Assembly: GCF_046119375.1 (NCBI RefSeq)
Contig: NW_027362763.1
Span: 97,650,001-97,714,000, forward strand
Direction: 5' to 3'
Length of the DNA: 64,000 nucleotides
Source: Phyllobates terribilis
Lineage: Eukaryota
Shown: positions 52,371 through 64,000 of the stretch, piece after piece
Layout of the letters: every line of letters begins with the position of its first letter
Position numbering within the stretch: the first letter of the stretch is position 1
Translations under genes and position numbers: made by a program
The notes under the pieces: generated by a model
Seen by the model: only the letters and a program-made list of their open reading frames with translations
Told to the model about the DNA's origin: nothing
Databases searched by the model: none

Positions 52371-54184
52371 TGACTATACCACAGAGACTGTGATGGGCAG
52401 AAATGGGCACTAATACTGGGATAGAATATTGGTTAAAAAAATCAACGATACTACAACTTGATGCTGATTTTTATGGACATGATTGGAGATAAAATTCGAG
52501 ATGCAACTGTTGTAAATTTTGAGCACCTTTTGGCGCTCACACAAATACTGCCGATAGTTCATGCATGTAGTCACCAACACTGGGTAAGCATAGTGCTAGA
52601 GAGGACTATAGACCACCTTGCATGTCCTCCATTAATTGAAGCAATCAATAGATGCAGAAATAATTGTTGTGGTGTCATTGAATTTCAAGCATAACTACCG
52701 GGTTAACGTGTACACTATCATTCATGTATAAAGTGGTCGATGTGCCATCTGGTTTTGGAGTAAAAGGTTAACCCATCTGGTGCTAAAGTGAAGGGTTTAA
52801 ACATAGAAACATCCTACGCCTGACCTTTTCTGAAGAACCTCCCTAGTCTCCAGCTCAGTTACACTAGGAGTACAGTGTGAATGTCATATATACACAGGAG
52901 GCTCGCAGCAGGAGGCTCGCAGCAGGAGGTGCATTATCTCACATAGTTACAGTCTACACCAAGCAGAAAATATTTCCAGAGAAAATCACCCAATTTCAAA
53001 AAAATGATCAAAATCTTCAGCAACTTTTTCTTTTAATGAATTTTAACAGTTTTGTTTATTGTCCAGTATAACTCAAATGTGTATGGGTTCTTTAAGGGAT
53101 TCTTCACTTAGAAAGCCAATTTCCTAGTTTATGGAGTGTTCCTCTGTCCAGAATCCTCTTCACAAGAGTGAAGCGTAGGTCCCGGGTGTGTTTTCCTCTG
53201 GAGGATCTGCATCACATAGACTACTCACTGATTTAAATGAACACTGACTAATACTTATTTTCCCCTGTGGTGGCACTACAGGAAACTTCAACCCTTACCG
53301 CCAGGTTTCCAAACAGATTTCAGCTGATCGGTGTTGATGCTAGCAGAAAGACAGTCTGTGAGGATCCTTCTAAGGCCAATTTTACACATCTGACATTCAG
53401 GATCCGAGAACAGTTTCCTGACATACTCAACAATCTCGTAGGGATATACTGTATGTGACTGTTGATTTTGAGTCAGGAGACCCACAGCTAATCCAGATAT
53501 TGAGGTTTGTTCATAGACCATAAATGTTGAACGCGTGGAACTGGCCTAAAAAGTAGGGATTGTTCAAACTGCCGAACCCTTGTTAATCAGGTCCTATCAG
53601 CTCAAAGTGTTTTTGAAGGGGAATTCCACCCCAAATCATCTTCTGAGATGTAATATAGATATTATAATTGAGGCTCTGTGAGCTGAACCTCTCATCAACT
53701 TCTAAAATATAGGAGCCATAATAGTAAAGTGATAGAAATTTATGAAGGTCAGTACATGAGTGGGGACTAGAAAGAGCTCCAAGATTTTTGAAGTAAGTGG
53801 GTCCTAGCTCACAGATCTCATCTTCTGTGATCACCATATGGCAGGTAAGATGATTATTTTAGGTGGATCATTCCTCTTAAGGCTATCAGTTGCAGTAAAC
53901 AAATTACGTGTTCTTTCATGATTTTTCCATACCTGCCCAGTCTGGAGAAAACAATTTTGGAGGTCTTGAAGACCAAGTTCAAATAAAAATATCGTTAGGT
54001 CAGTCCTGTCACATTGCGCATCTAGAACAGAAGCAAAGCCAAAAGCAGGAAGATGATGTTGAACAACCACCGAGAATGTATCTGATCTTCATGGACAATG
54101 AATGATAATGTCACCAAATATCTTTTGGAGGCACTAATATATCTTTGGAGTCATCACCAGGCTTCAAAGTCTAGTGATTACTCC

Positions 54185-55200
54185 ATTGGTTTGTCCAAGA
54201 TGCAACCAACTACCACTGGTTGTTCAAAATGCAGCCAACTACCAATGTTTGCCCAAAATGCAGCCAACTATCACTGATTGTCCAGGATGCAACCATCTAC
54301 TATTGGTTGCACAAAATGCAACCAACAAATTATCATTAGGTGCAGAAGATGCACCGAACTACCATTGGATGTCCAAGATGCAACTAACTACCATTGGTTG
54401 TCTCAGATGCAACCAACTACCACTAGTTGTCCAAGATGCAACCATCTACCACTGGTTCACATTGCTTGGTTTTCTGTCTTGTTTGCATTCTGTGCAATTT
54501 AAGGGTGTGGCATCCCCTTTGTTGAGCTGATTAGTATATGTGTAGCTTACCACGGGCCTAGGTGGTCTGGAGTTGGGACCCGGTCCTATTTGTCTACCCT
54601 TTTATATGCATTACTTCAACTTTGATATACAGTAAGGTTTTTAATATAGACAGTATAGGTACCGTCCCAATTTAGGGTCACCTTGCCGCTGGTGGGACGG
54701 CTTGTATACTTTTTTTGATCAAAAATAGTTCACTAAGTACCCTATATTTATTATGCAACTTTGCTTTACATTTATATATAACGATGGTAGGGTATGAGAT
54801 ATATTTTTTGTCTTCTGTAGGTTTTGCATCTACCACTGGTTGCCTAAGATGCAACCAACTCCTACTGGTTGCACATGATGCAATCAACCACCACTGGTTG
54901 TCCAAGATGCCACTAACTACCACTGGTTGCATAAGATGCAACCAACCAACTATGACTAGTTGCAGAAGATGCACCGAACAGCCACTGGTTGTTCAAGATG
55001 CAACCAACTACTACTGAATTCTCAGATGCAACCAACTATCACTGGTTGCCAAAGATGTAACCAACTACCACTGGTTGTCCAAAATGCAACCAACTACCAC
55101 TAGTTGTCTAAAATGCAATTATCACAGGTTGTCTAAAATGCAATCAACTAGCACTGGTTGTCCAAAATACAAAAAAACAACAATGGTTATCTAAGATGCA
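54185..55200. repeat. 29-bp minisatellite ccaagatgcaaccaactaccactggttgt, interrupted at ~54458-54825
   Basis: Two blocks of the same unit separated by ~370 bp of unrelated sequence. Confidence 0.9.
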
Positions 55201-56045
55201 AACTACTCAACTGTAATGTTTATGGCCACCTTCAAATGTTTAGCGCAGACCTAATAAACATTAGATTGTTAACATCCAACTGTCTTATGTCTATGCTGTA
55301 AACCAGACTCTCATTTTCCCCTTTCTGGTTGAGATAGGTTTCAGACATAAACAGTGACGGGTTGTCTAAAAGCCTCTTAGTTCACCTCTCTCCAAAGGGA
55401 CTGAATCTAATCACATCACACAGCATGCCCTGACATATAATGGAGGAACAATAGATGAGCTCTCCTTCAGCTGAAGACAACTCAAGACAAAGGTACTACC
55501 CCAAGGTGTTGGGCAATCTCCATGGTCCTGACAAGAGAGCACCAGTCACGTCTCCAAAGTGTACGGTTCTATGATAGCTCATAATACAAATATAGGTGGA
55601 ATTAACTATTTATTTCCAAGTTTTTATGATCTGAGGTTGGACATCACTGGTGCTAATGGTCAGCTGAATGTTTACACATGTTCCTAAACCCAGTAAATCC
55701 TGATGTCAAAGCTCTCCCGAGGCTATGATTATATGCTGTGCTGCACAGTATGAGTGTCAGTACTCCTTGGGCAACACATTTCTAGGTCAATTAACATCGA
55801 TCTATAGCCAACTTTAGCACCTCCAGCTGTAGGATCATGCTGGGACTAATAGGGTAGGTCCACACAAGACATTTCCGGTTGGGGATATTGCTGTGTGAAT
55901 GCTTTACATAAAAATTCATTCTGAAAATATGCAGAGTAAATTGACGGGATGCAGATTTCAGTGCTTTTCAGTTTTCACTATGGATTTTCTTTGCAGTATG
56001 TTGATGCAAAATCTCGCTAGAATTGTAAGATGCAGCAGATTTTAA

Positions 56046-56350
56046 AGGGATTGTCCAGGTTTGGCATGAAAGTCTGCAGTCACTCTATTTGACTACAGGC
56101 TTGTGAATCCTTACATTGTGCAGAGCAGGTTTCTCCGTGAGATGGAACGAGGCTGTGCATGTCTAGTCAGAATGTGGCTGGGAGTATGCATATCATATAC
56201 TTGTGGTCACATGTCCACCCAGTTTCACCGCGGCACCGGAGAATCCTGACAGTGCGTATTGTGCGCAAAGTTAGGATTCACAAGTCTGCTGTGACACAGA
56301 GTGAAACATAGAGTGACTGCAGACTTTCGTGCCAAATCTGGATTACCCCT
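56046..56350. mobile_element. TTAA-flanked T2/Kolobok-type MITE
   Basis: TTAA on both sides; ~43-bp TIRs agggattgtccaggtttggcatgaaagtctgcagtcactctat. Confidence 0.8.
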
Positions 56351-56555
56351 TTAAGGGTGGAGAATCCAGACAGAAGACCAGTGTGAACACACCCTTATCT
56401 TAGAGTCAAAATCCTTTGTGCATTTTGTGGCTGATTTTGTCTTTGATACACAATAAAATCCTTACTTTGTACATGTAGATTTTTACATGTAGATTAAGCA
56501 ATATCAGTTGGCTGTGGTATATATAGTGACACACCACAGAACAAGCTTTATTTCA

Positions 56556-56596
56556 CCCCTTTGAGAAAGCAGCAAACGCGAAACGCGCGTCAGGGG
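56556..56596 (+). ncRNA. Type I minimal hammerhead ribozyme (U3:A8 variant), Penelope/retrozyme-like
   Basis: cccct-TTGAGAA-A-gc[agcaaac]gc-GAA-ACgcgcGT-C-agggg. All three helices pair; predicted cut after C56591. Confidence 0.75.
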
Positions 56597-58238
56597 CCGC
56601 AAGGAGGACACTCACGGTCTGGGTCCAACATGGGTGTGCAACAGCAGGACTGCCTGAAAGCTGATTTTCTGCTTCTGGTCTTTATTCCTGACTTTATGGT
56701 GCTATTCCGTATGCTACATCAGACACTCCCTGCATGTTTCCATGTTTCCTCCCTCTATATAACCTTGATATGGCATGTGTACATATATGTTATTTGTAAT
56801 GTATTTTCAATAAATATGTTTTTATTCTTTATTCTCTGGTTGCTTTAGCATTACTCCAATTCTCTGGTGTTTCATGTAGATTTTTTTTTGGCAGATTTTG
56901 TTGTGGGTTTTCTGAAGATGTCAACCTGTGCATTGCAAAAAGGTGAAATCTGCAGAAAGAATTCACATGGCAAGGAAATCATCTGCAGTGTGGGGATAAG
57001 TATTTTGATATCTTTCCTGCTACCATATTCCATTGTCGAATTTTGAACCACAAATCCGGACAGAAAATCCACAGCAAAATCCGCAATGTGTCAAATAGCC
57101 CCTAGATTTTCACAAGTGAAAATCTGCAGCAAATAATTCTGCGCTGCACATTTTGCTGTAGAAATGCCGCAAACGTCAATTTTTTCTGCAGATTTTTGAC
57201 GCATGGCGCGGGTTAGATTTGGTCAATCTCATCCACTATGTCGGTAATGTAGGGTGGATTGTCCGCCTGAAAATTCCGGATGCAAAATGTACAACGTATC
57301 TACCCGTGTGAATATACAACCGAAAATGTGCCGCAATTACATTGGTCTAATGCCTGACATACAGTAATCCACACAATAATCCCCAGACGTGCACTACCCA
57401 TACCTCTGGAGATTTACATAAAACAATGTGACCTGAGATAAGACAATATGTTTTCTTAAGAAATACCTGGATGGAAATAACCCGCATGCGTTCATACGAG
57501 CATTCAGCGAGCACATGCACGCATGGAGAGCACAAAGAATTGTAGAGATAATGCCCAGCATACACATGAGCGGATGAATGGAATAAGTGCAGCATATAGA
57601 CTGGGGACTGCTGGACACTGGGTAGAAGGAAACGAGGGAAGAAAATACACATAAATCTATGAATGAATCAAGACGTAGCAGAGCTGCGCTTTTACATAGG
57701 ACTGCAGGTAAACCTACGGACATCTTGTAGGAACGAAAATCTATTAAATCTCAAATTAGCTTCACTATATCTCCAATGTAGCAGAGCTAAATGTGTCATC
57801 TAGTACTTGGGAGGGGGATAAACCGTGATTTATGATAATTTAATGGGAGATAAGACATATAGTGAACTCAACTCTGCTACATCTATATGCCGAAATGATT
57901 GTATTTTACAAACAGGAGAAAATGTCCGGAAATGACAATAATAATAATCATAATAATAATATTAATGTATGTATTAATTTGGAATTTAAATTGTGAGACC
58001 CAATGGGGACGGAGAGTGATGAGAGTCTCTGTACAACGCTACAGAATATTCAGGCACTATGTAAATAATGCATGGAGAATTATCCATTTATTATCTATTT
58101 GTTATGATATGTTATATTGTAACTGCTTGATATCATGTGTTTCTTCCATCTTTCAATAATATTTACTGTAACACAGATACATCTGTAATTAGATGATGGA
58201 TCGAAGGCTAGATAGAAAAATACATGAGAGATAATAGA

Positions 58239-58456
58239 NNNNNNNNNNNNNNNNNNNNNNNNNNNNNNNNNNNNNNNNNNNNNNNNNNNNNNNNNNNNNN
58301 NNNNNNNNNNNNNNNNNNNNNNNNNNNNNNNNNNNNNNNNNNNNNNNNNNNNNNNNNNNNNNNNNNNNNNNNNNNNNNNNNNNNNNNNNNNNNNNNNNNN
58401 NNNNNNNNNNNNNNNNNNNNNNNNNNNNNNNNNNNNNNNNNNNNNNNNNNNNNNNN
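58239..58456. other. Assembly gap (218 N) flanked by GATA-like microsatellite
   Basis: Run of N. Confidence 1.
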
Positions 58457-58632
58457 GGATAATAGATAAATATAATAGATGATAGATAGACATTAGATAG
58501 ATATGAGATAGATAGATACTATGTATTTAACCTTCTATCCATCATCTAATTACAAATGTATCTGTGCTACAATAAATACTATTGAAACAAAGAAAACACA
58601 TGATAACAAATTGTAACAATGTAACATATAAG

Positions 58633-58787
58633 NNNNNNNNNNNNNNNNNNNNNNNNNNNNNNNNNNNNNNNNNNNNNNNNNNNNNNNNNNNNNNNNNNNN
58701 NNNNNNNNNNNNNNNNNNNNNNNNNNNNNNNNNNNNNNNNNNNNNNNNNNNNNNNNNNNNNNNNNNNNNNNNNNNNNNNNNNNNNNN
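58633..58787. other. Assembly gap (155 N)
   Basis: Run of N. Confidence 1.
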
Positions 58788-59112
58788 AGGATCTCTTCGG
58801 GGTTCTCAGTACTACGCATTAATAATATTAATATTATCCGCTACTTATGGGGCTCCGACTTTTTCCGCAGCTCCTTTTCCAATCTCTGTATACAGATATA
58901 GCAGAGGCGATGATGTGTTATCTGTTTTGTTACGTGAAGCTCAGCTGCACAAAAGAAACAGCTCCATGACAAATTCAGCTCTACTACACCGATGCTACGA
59001 AAAAAACCAAAAGGTAGAAACAGCAACTAGCGATGAAGCCAGAGGGCCCGGCTGGCCACAAGAGCTTACAATCTAATGCATGGCTAGGTGGGGGGCACAT
59101 AGTGTGGCATAC

Positions 59113-59149
59113 CGTCTCCTGGAGTGATGGTCTCTATCTCCACTCCCAT
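59113..59149 (-). CDS. FKBP1B: FKBP1B coding exon 1, 37 nt: MGVEIETITPGD(G)
   Basis: Kozak gccATGG and GTATGC donor. The VEIET/PKKG/TCVV residues match the FKBP1B rather than the FKBP1A N-terminus as I recall them. Confidence 0.93.
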
Positions 59150-59345
59150 GGCTGAGCTGTGAGCTGTGGACAGGTCTGGGCTTCCTGTGTGTATGGCTCT
59201 GAGTGTGCTGCTGGGGATAACACCTCTGTGCTGTGCTGGGGGGCTGTCGGCTCTGCAGCCAATAGTGCAGCCAGCTGGGCAGGAAGGGACTGGCAGGGGC
59301 CGGCTCTGCAGGCAGGGAATGCTGAATGGGGGAATAGTCAGACTC
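59150..59345 (-). promoter_or_regulatory. FKBP1B: Probable FKBP1B 5' UTR / proximal promoter
   Basis: GC-enriched segment directly upstream of the ATG, with a CCAAT at 59259-59263. TSS not determinable. Confidence 0.5.
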
Positions 59346-59924
59346 CTGCTAAGCATGTTAACCCTTCGCACGCTGGTGCATGCAGCCATATTGGTCGGGC
59401 ACGTTTTACCCGTTCATATTCTGTGCTATACGTTTTTCATGAAAAATACAGATCAAGTTAAATTATGCGACTTGCGCGCGTTTCGAGTCATCACTTTTCT
59501 TTATTTTTTTCTCCTTGTTTTTATGCAGCCCGCTTTCTGTACTGGCAATCATTTATCTTTCCCTCTTTAATCCCTTTTCTATTTTTGCGATGGTTTTTTT
59601 TTTTCCTCCCATTTCTTCCAAACCCATCTTTTTTTTCTCTTCTTTTTTTTTTTTTTGCAGGAAGAGTTGTGATTTTGAATGACGACGATCATTTTACGGC
59701 AGAAGTGGGAAAAAAATTACAAGTGGGGTGAAATAATGAATAAAATACTATTACGTGATAGTTTTTTGGGGTTTTGTTTTTTCACTGTGCAGTAATTATT
59801 ATTTTGCAGCGTGATCCTCCAGGTCGGTACGACTATGGTGGTATCAAAGTTATATCATTTATATAACTAGAACCTAGAATATAAGACATATTTTCAGTTG
59901 TTTCACACTTTTTTGTTAAGTATA

Positions 59925-61571
59925 CAGTTAGGTCCATATATATTTGGACAGAGACAACATTTTTCTAATTTTGGTTCTAGACATTACCACAATGAATTTT
60001 AAACAAAACAATTCAGATGCAGTTGAAGTTCAGACTTTCAGCTTTCATTTGAGGGTATCCACATTAAAATTGGATGAAGGGTTTAGGAGTTTCAGCTCCT
60101 TAACATGTGCCACCCTGTTTTTAAAGGGACCAAAAGTAATTGGACAATTGACTCCAAGGCTATTTCATGGACAGGTGTGGACAATCCCTGCGTTATGTTA
60201 TTCTCAATTAAACAGATAAAAGGCCTAGAGTTGATTTGAGGTGTGGTGCTTCCATTTGGAAGATTTTGGTGTGAAGTAAACATGCGGTCAAAGGATCTCT
60301 CCATGCAGGTGAAACAAGCCATCCTTAAGCTGCAAAAACAGAAAAAACCCATCCGAGAAATCGCTACAATATTAGGAGTGGCAAAATCTACAGTTTGGTA
60401 CATCCTGAGAAAGAAAGAAAGCACTGGTGAACTCATCAATGCAAGAAGACCTGGGCGCCCACGGAAGACAACAGTGGTGGATGATCGCAGAATAATCTCC
60501 ATGGTGAAGAGAAACCCTTTCACAACAGCCAACCAAGTGAACAACACTCTCCAGGAGGTAGGCGTATCAATATCCAAATCTACCATAAAGAGAAGACTGC
60601 ATGAAAGTAAATACAGAGGGTTCACTGCACGGTGCAAGCCACTCATAAGCATCAGGAATAAAAAGGCTAGACTGGACTTTGCTAAAAAACATCTAAAAAA
60701 GCCAGCACAGTTCTGGAAGAACATTCTTTGGACAGATGAAACCAAGATCAACCTCTACCAGAATGATGGAAAAAGAAAAGTATGGAGAAGACGTGGTACA
60801 GCTCATGATCCAAAGCATACCACATCATCTGTAAAACACGGCGGAGGCAGTGTGATGGCTTGGGCATGCATGGCTGCCAGTGGCACTGGGTCACTAGTGT
60901 TTATTGATGATAAGACACAGGACAGAAGCAGCCGAATGAATTCTGATGTATTCAGAGCCATACTGTGTGCTCAGATCCAGCCAAATGCAGCCAAACTGAT
61001 TGGTCGTCATTTTATACTACTGATGGACAATGACCCAAAACATAAAACCAAAGCAACCCAGGAGTTTATTAAAGGAAAGAAGTGGAATATTCTTGAATGG
61101 CCAAGTCAGTTACCTGATCTCAACCCAACTGAGCATGCATTCACTTGTTAAAGACTAAACTTCAGACAGAAAGACCCACAAACAAACAGCAACTGAAAAC
61201 CACCGCAGTGAAGGCCTGGCAGAGCATCAAAAAGGAGGAAACACAGCGTCTGGTGATGTCCATGAGTTCAAGACTTCAGGCAGTCATTGCCAACAAAGGG
61301 TTTTCAAGCAAGTACTAGAAATGAACATTTTATTTACAATTATTTTATCTGTCCAATTACTTTTGGTCCTTTTAAAAACAGGGCGGCACATGTTAAGGAG
61401 CGGAAACTCCTAAACCTTTCATCCAATTTTAATGTGGATACCCTCAAATGGAAGCTGAAAGTCTGAACTTCAACTGCATCTGAATTGTTTTGTTTAAAAT
61501 TCATTGTGGTAATGTCTAGAACCAAAATTAGAAAAATGTTGTCTAAGTCCAAATATATATGGACCTAACTG
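59925..61571 (+). mobile_element. Tc1/mariner DD34E transposon, 1647 bp, 222-bp TIRs
   Basis: TA duplication, CAGT...ACTG ends, TIRs 59925-60146 and 61350-61571. Confidence 0.93.
60282..61318 (+). pseudogene. DD34E transposase with a 1-bp deletion near 61141
   Basis: MRSKDLS...WTDETK...MDNDPKH...PDLNPTE (34 spacing). The shifted frame continues HLLKTKLQ...NKGFSSKY*. Confidence 0.9.
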
Positions 61572-61789
61572 TATAATTCCACATGTGTTAATTCATTGTT
61601 TTGGTGCCTTCAGTGTGAATGTACAATTTTCATAGTCATGAAAATACAGAAAAATCTTTAAATGAGAAGGTGTGTCCAAACTTTTGGTCTGTACTGTACA
61701 TATGTATAAAGCAAATATGTATATATCTATCTCAAGTAGTACATACTTATGACTCCCTTCATCAGACAACAATATAAATACAGAACCCT

Positions 61790-62860
61790 TAAATAAATAC
61801 TGACCCCAGATCAGACCACCTAGATAAATTCTGACCCAGACCAGATCCTATTAATAAATACAGGCCTCAGACCAAACCCCCTAAATAAATACTGACCAAA
61901 GAACAGACCTCCTAAAAAAAAAAAACCTGACCCAAGACCAGCCCCCTAAATAAAGACTGACCCAAGACCATACCCTATTATTAAATACTGACCAAAGACC
62001 AGACCCCCAAAAATAAAGGTTGACCCAAGACTAGACACCCCAAATAAATACTGACCGAAGAACAGACCCCCTAAATAAAGACTGACCCAAGACCATAACC
62101 TATTAATAAATACTGACCAAAGACCAGACCCCCTAAATAAAGACTGACCCAAGACAAGACCCCATTAATAAATAGTGACCAAAAAACAGACCCCCTAAAT
62201 AAAGGCTGACCCAAGACCATAACCAATTAATAAATACTGACCAAAGACCAGACTCTCTAAATAAAGACCAACCCAAGACCATACCCCATTAACAAATAGT
62301 GACCAAAAAATAAACCCCCTAAATAAAGGCTGACCCAAGATTAGATCCCCCAAATAAAGACTGACCCAAGACCAGATCCTATTAATAAATACTGACCAAA
62401 TACCAGACCCCCCCTAAATAAATACTGACCCAAGACCATACCCCATTAATAAATACTGATCAAAGACCAAACCCCCTAAATAAAGACTGATTCCAGACCA
62501 GACCCCTTAAATAAATACAAACTCTCTAAATGAATACAGACTCCTTACCAGACTCCCCCTTAATACAAATGAAGAACTACCATGGTCTATATTAGTGCAG
62601 ACCTGCAAACCAGATACCTATAACAAATCCAAATCCAAGACCCCCTAAATAATTACTGACCTCACACCAGGACCCCTAAAAATACTAAATTCAGAACAGA
62701 TCCCCTTAATAAAGATTCTCCAGAGTCCCTGAACTAATACAGACCCCAGGCAAGACTCTCCCTTAATACAAACCCCAGAACAGACCCCTTAAATAAATTT
62801 AAACCATCCAGAATATCTTAACTAAAACAGACCCCAGACCAGTTTCCCCCTTAATAAAAT
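61790..62860. repeat. Degenerate A/C-rich ~31-bp tandem repeat (aaataaatactgaccaaagaccagaccccct)
   Basis: Strongly strand-biased repeated unit, decaying toward 62860. Confidence 0.85.
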
Positions 62861-64000
62861 ACATAGAGGTGAGTAGATTTGTCCTTGGGATTAGAATTTA
62901 TTATGAGGGTCTGTAATTGTCTTGGGTGACTGGATTAGGGATGTGCATTAAATTAGAGGGTCTGGTTTGCATTAAGGAGGAATCTGGGTCTGGGGTCTCT
63001 TTCAGGGACTCTGGAGGGACTGTATTTATTAAGGGGATCTATTCTGGGGTCAATACTTAGTTAGTGGGTCTGGTATGAGGTCAGTAATAATTAAGGGGGT
63101 CTTGGATTTGTATTTGGTATATGGTTTGCACTCCCCTTTTACTGAGAGTCTCCCAGTTATTCCAGGATTTGGAAGTTGGAAAATGTTCTTTAAACTGCAT
63201 CAATTCCATAAAAAGATCAGAATGGACCTTGTGGTTTCATATAAAAATATTGTATTGTATATTTACAGAGAATTACCTTCAGCATTTTATAATCCAGACT
63301 GTCTGATAGTCTGGCCCTTGTTTTCAGCACAAATGTGCAGTATACCAGGGAGACTCAAGACTCAGAAGAAGCAAAACGGAAAGCAGTTATTTAGGTCAGG
63401 GCTTCGTGGCGATCATCTCACTTTTTGAATGTGGTAGACTGCGGTGTGATATTGTCTATCAACACCTTTACTGTTAATCTATGGGGAACGCTCAGAATCA
63501 CAAGTGTACGATCCAACAATGTGCGATCATGGGTAGATAAAACAGATTGATCCGATCATCATGTGATAATCCTGATCTATTGTACACAAAGCACAGTTTA
63601 AAAAAAAACAGCACGTAGGAACAGGGTTTTGTGAAACTGGAAAATTATAAGTTTTTTTTCTTTTTCATATTGTAAGGGACCACTCATTCTGGCGGAGTTT
63701 GAGGTAGGTACAGACAAGAAGTAGCTTCGTACAAAACTGGTAGATTTAATTAAAGTCCATAAATCTTTAAAGAAAAGAAAACAGCCTTACTTGGTATAAA
63801 CGGAAAAATAAACAGGAACAGTCTCTGGACAAAAGACACGGCTCACCCATTTAAAGCACAGTACTTTCCGGTCAGCCTCTCACAACAAACCACACAGTAT
63901 CACACAGGCCTTTTCCTCCTTCCACACATATGCACTGAATGAGGCAACAGAACTACCTTAAATATATCATTCCAAGCCCTGGAGTTATGGGAATGGGCAG

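Larger units (their letters stand above)
59870..61696. mobile_element. Terminal (TIR) fragment of the DD38E element, split by a nested Tc1
   Basis: 59870-59924 plus 61572-61696 rejoin into the same TIR as 37918-38094, ending tactg|TA. Confidence 0.9.

Noticed and set aside
54174-55017. Cys-rich ORFs (CPRCNQLP repeats)
   Set aside because: Translation of the 29-bp minisatellite, not a zinc-finger gene.
58095-59076. ORFs containing X runs
   Set aside because: Produced by translation through the N gaps.
59465-59500. Possible third hammerhead (minus strand gaaacgcgcg)
   Set aside because: The CUGANGA core and helix I are not recoverable; at most a decayed remnant.
60092-60751. 219-aa minus-strand ORF
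   Set aside because: Antisense to the Tc1 transposase.

Overview
Eukaryotic, anuran-like (frog) genomic DNA; the taxon is inferred from the repeat families and cannot be fixed to species. Bases 1-25990 are a 35/36-bp AT-rich satellite with higher-order structure. It carries two near-identical, co-oriented, full-length Tx1/L1-clade non-LTR retrotransposons (4855-11218 and 16447-22811). Both sit at the same register of the satellite monomer and form an ~11.6-kb element+satellite macro-unit. Both have an intact 903-aa ORF1 with a ZCCHC3-like triple zinc knuckle and the same single in-frame TAA splitting the endonuclease from the RT in ORF2. The rest of the window is repeat-rich non-coding DNA. 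It holds coding exons 1 and 2 of FKBP1B on the minus strand (I could not find exons 3-4), a DD38E (Intruder-type) Tc1 element, and a DD34E Tc1 element nested in an Intruder terminal fragment just upstream of FKBP1B. It also holds many MITEs, three other minisatellites, Penelope-type minimal hammerhead ribozyme motifs (one with the U3:A8 core variant) and two assembly gaps. The best candidate for an undescribed system is the satellite-resident, possibly satellite-targeting, Tx1 element and its tandem co-amplification with the satellite.
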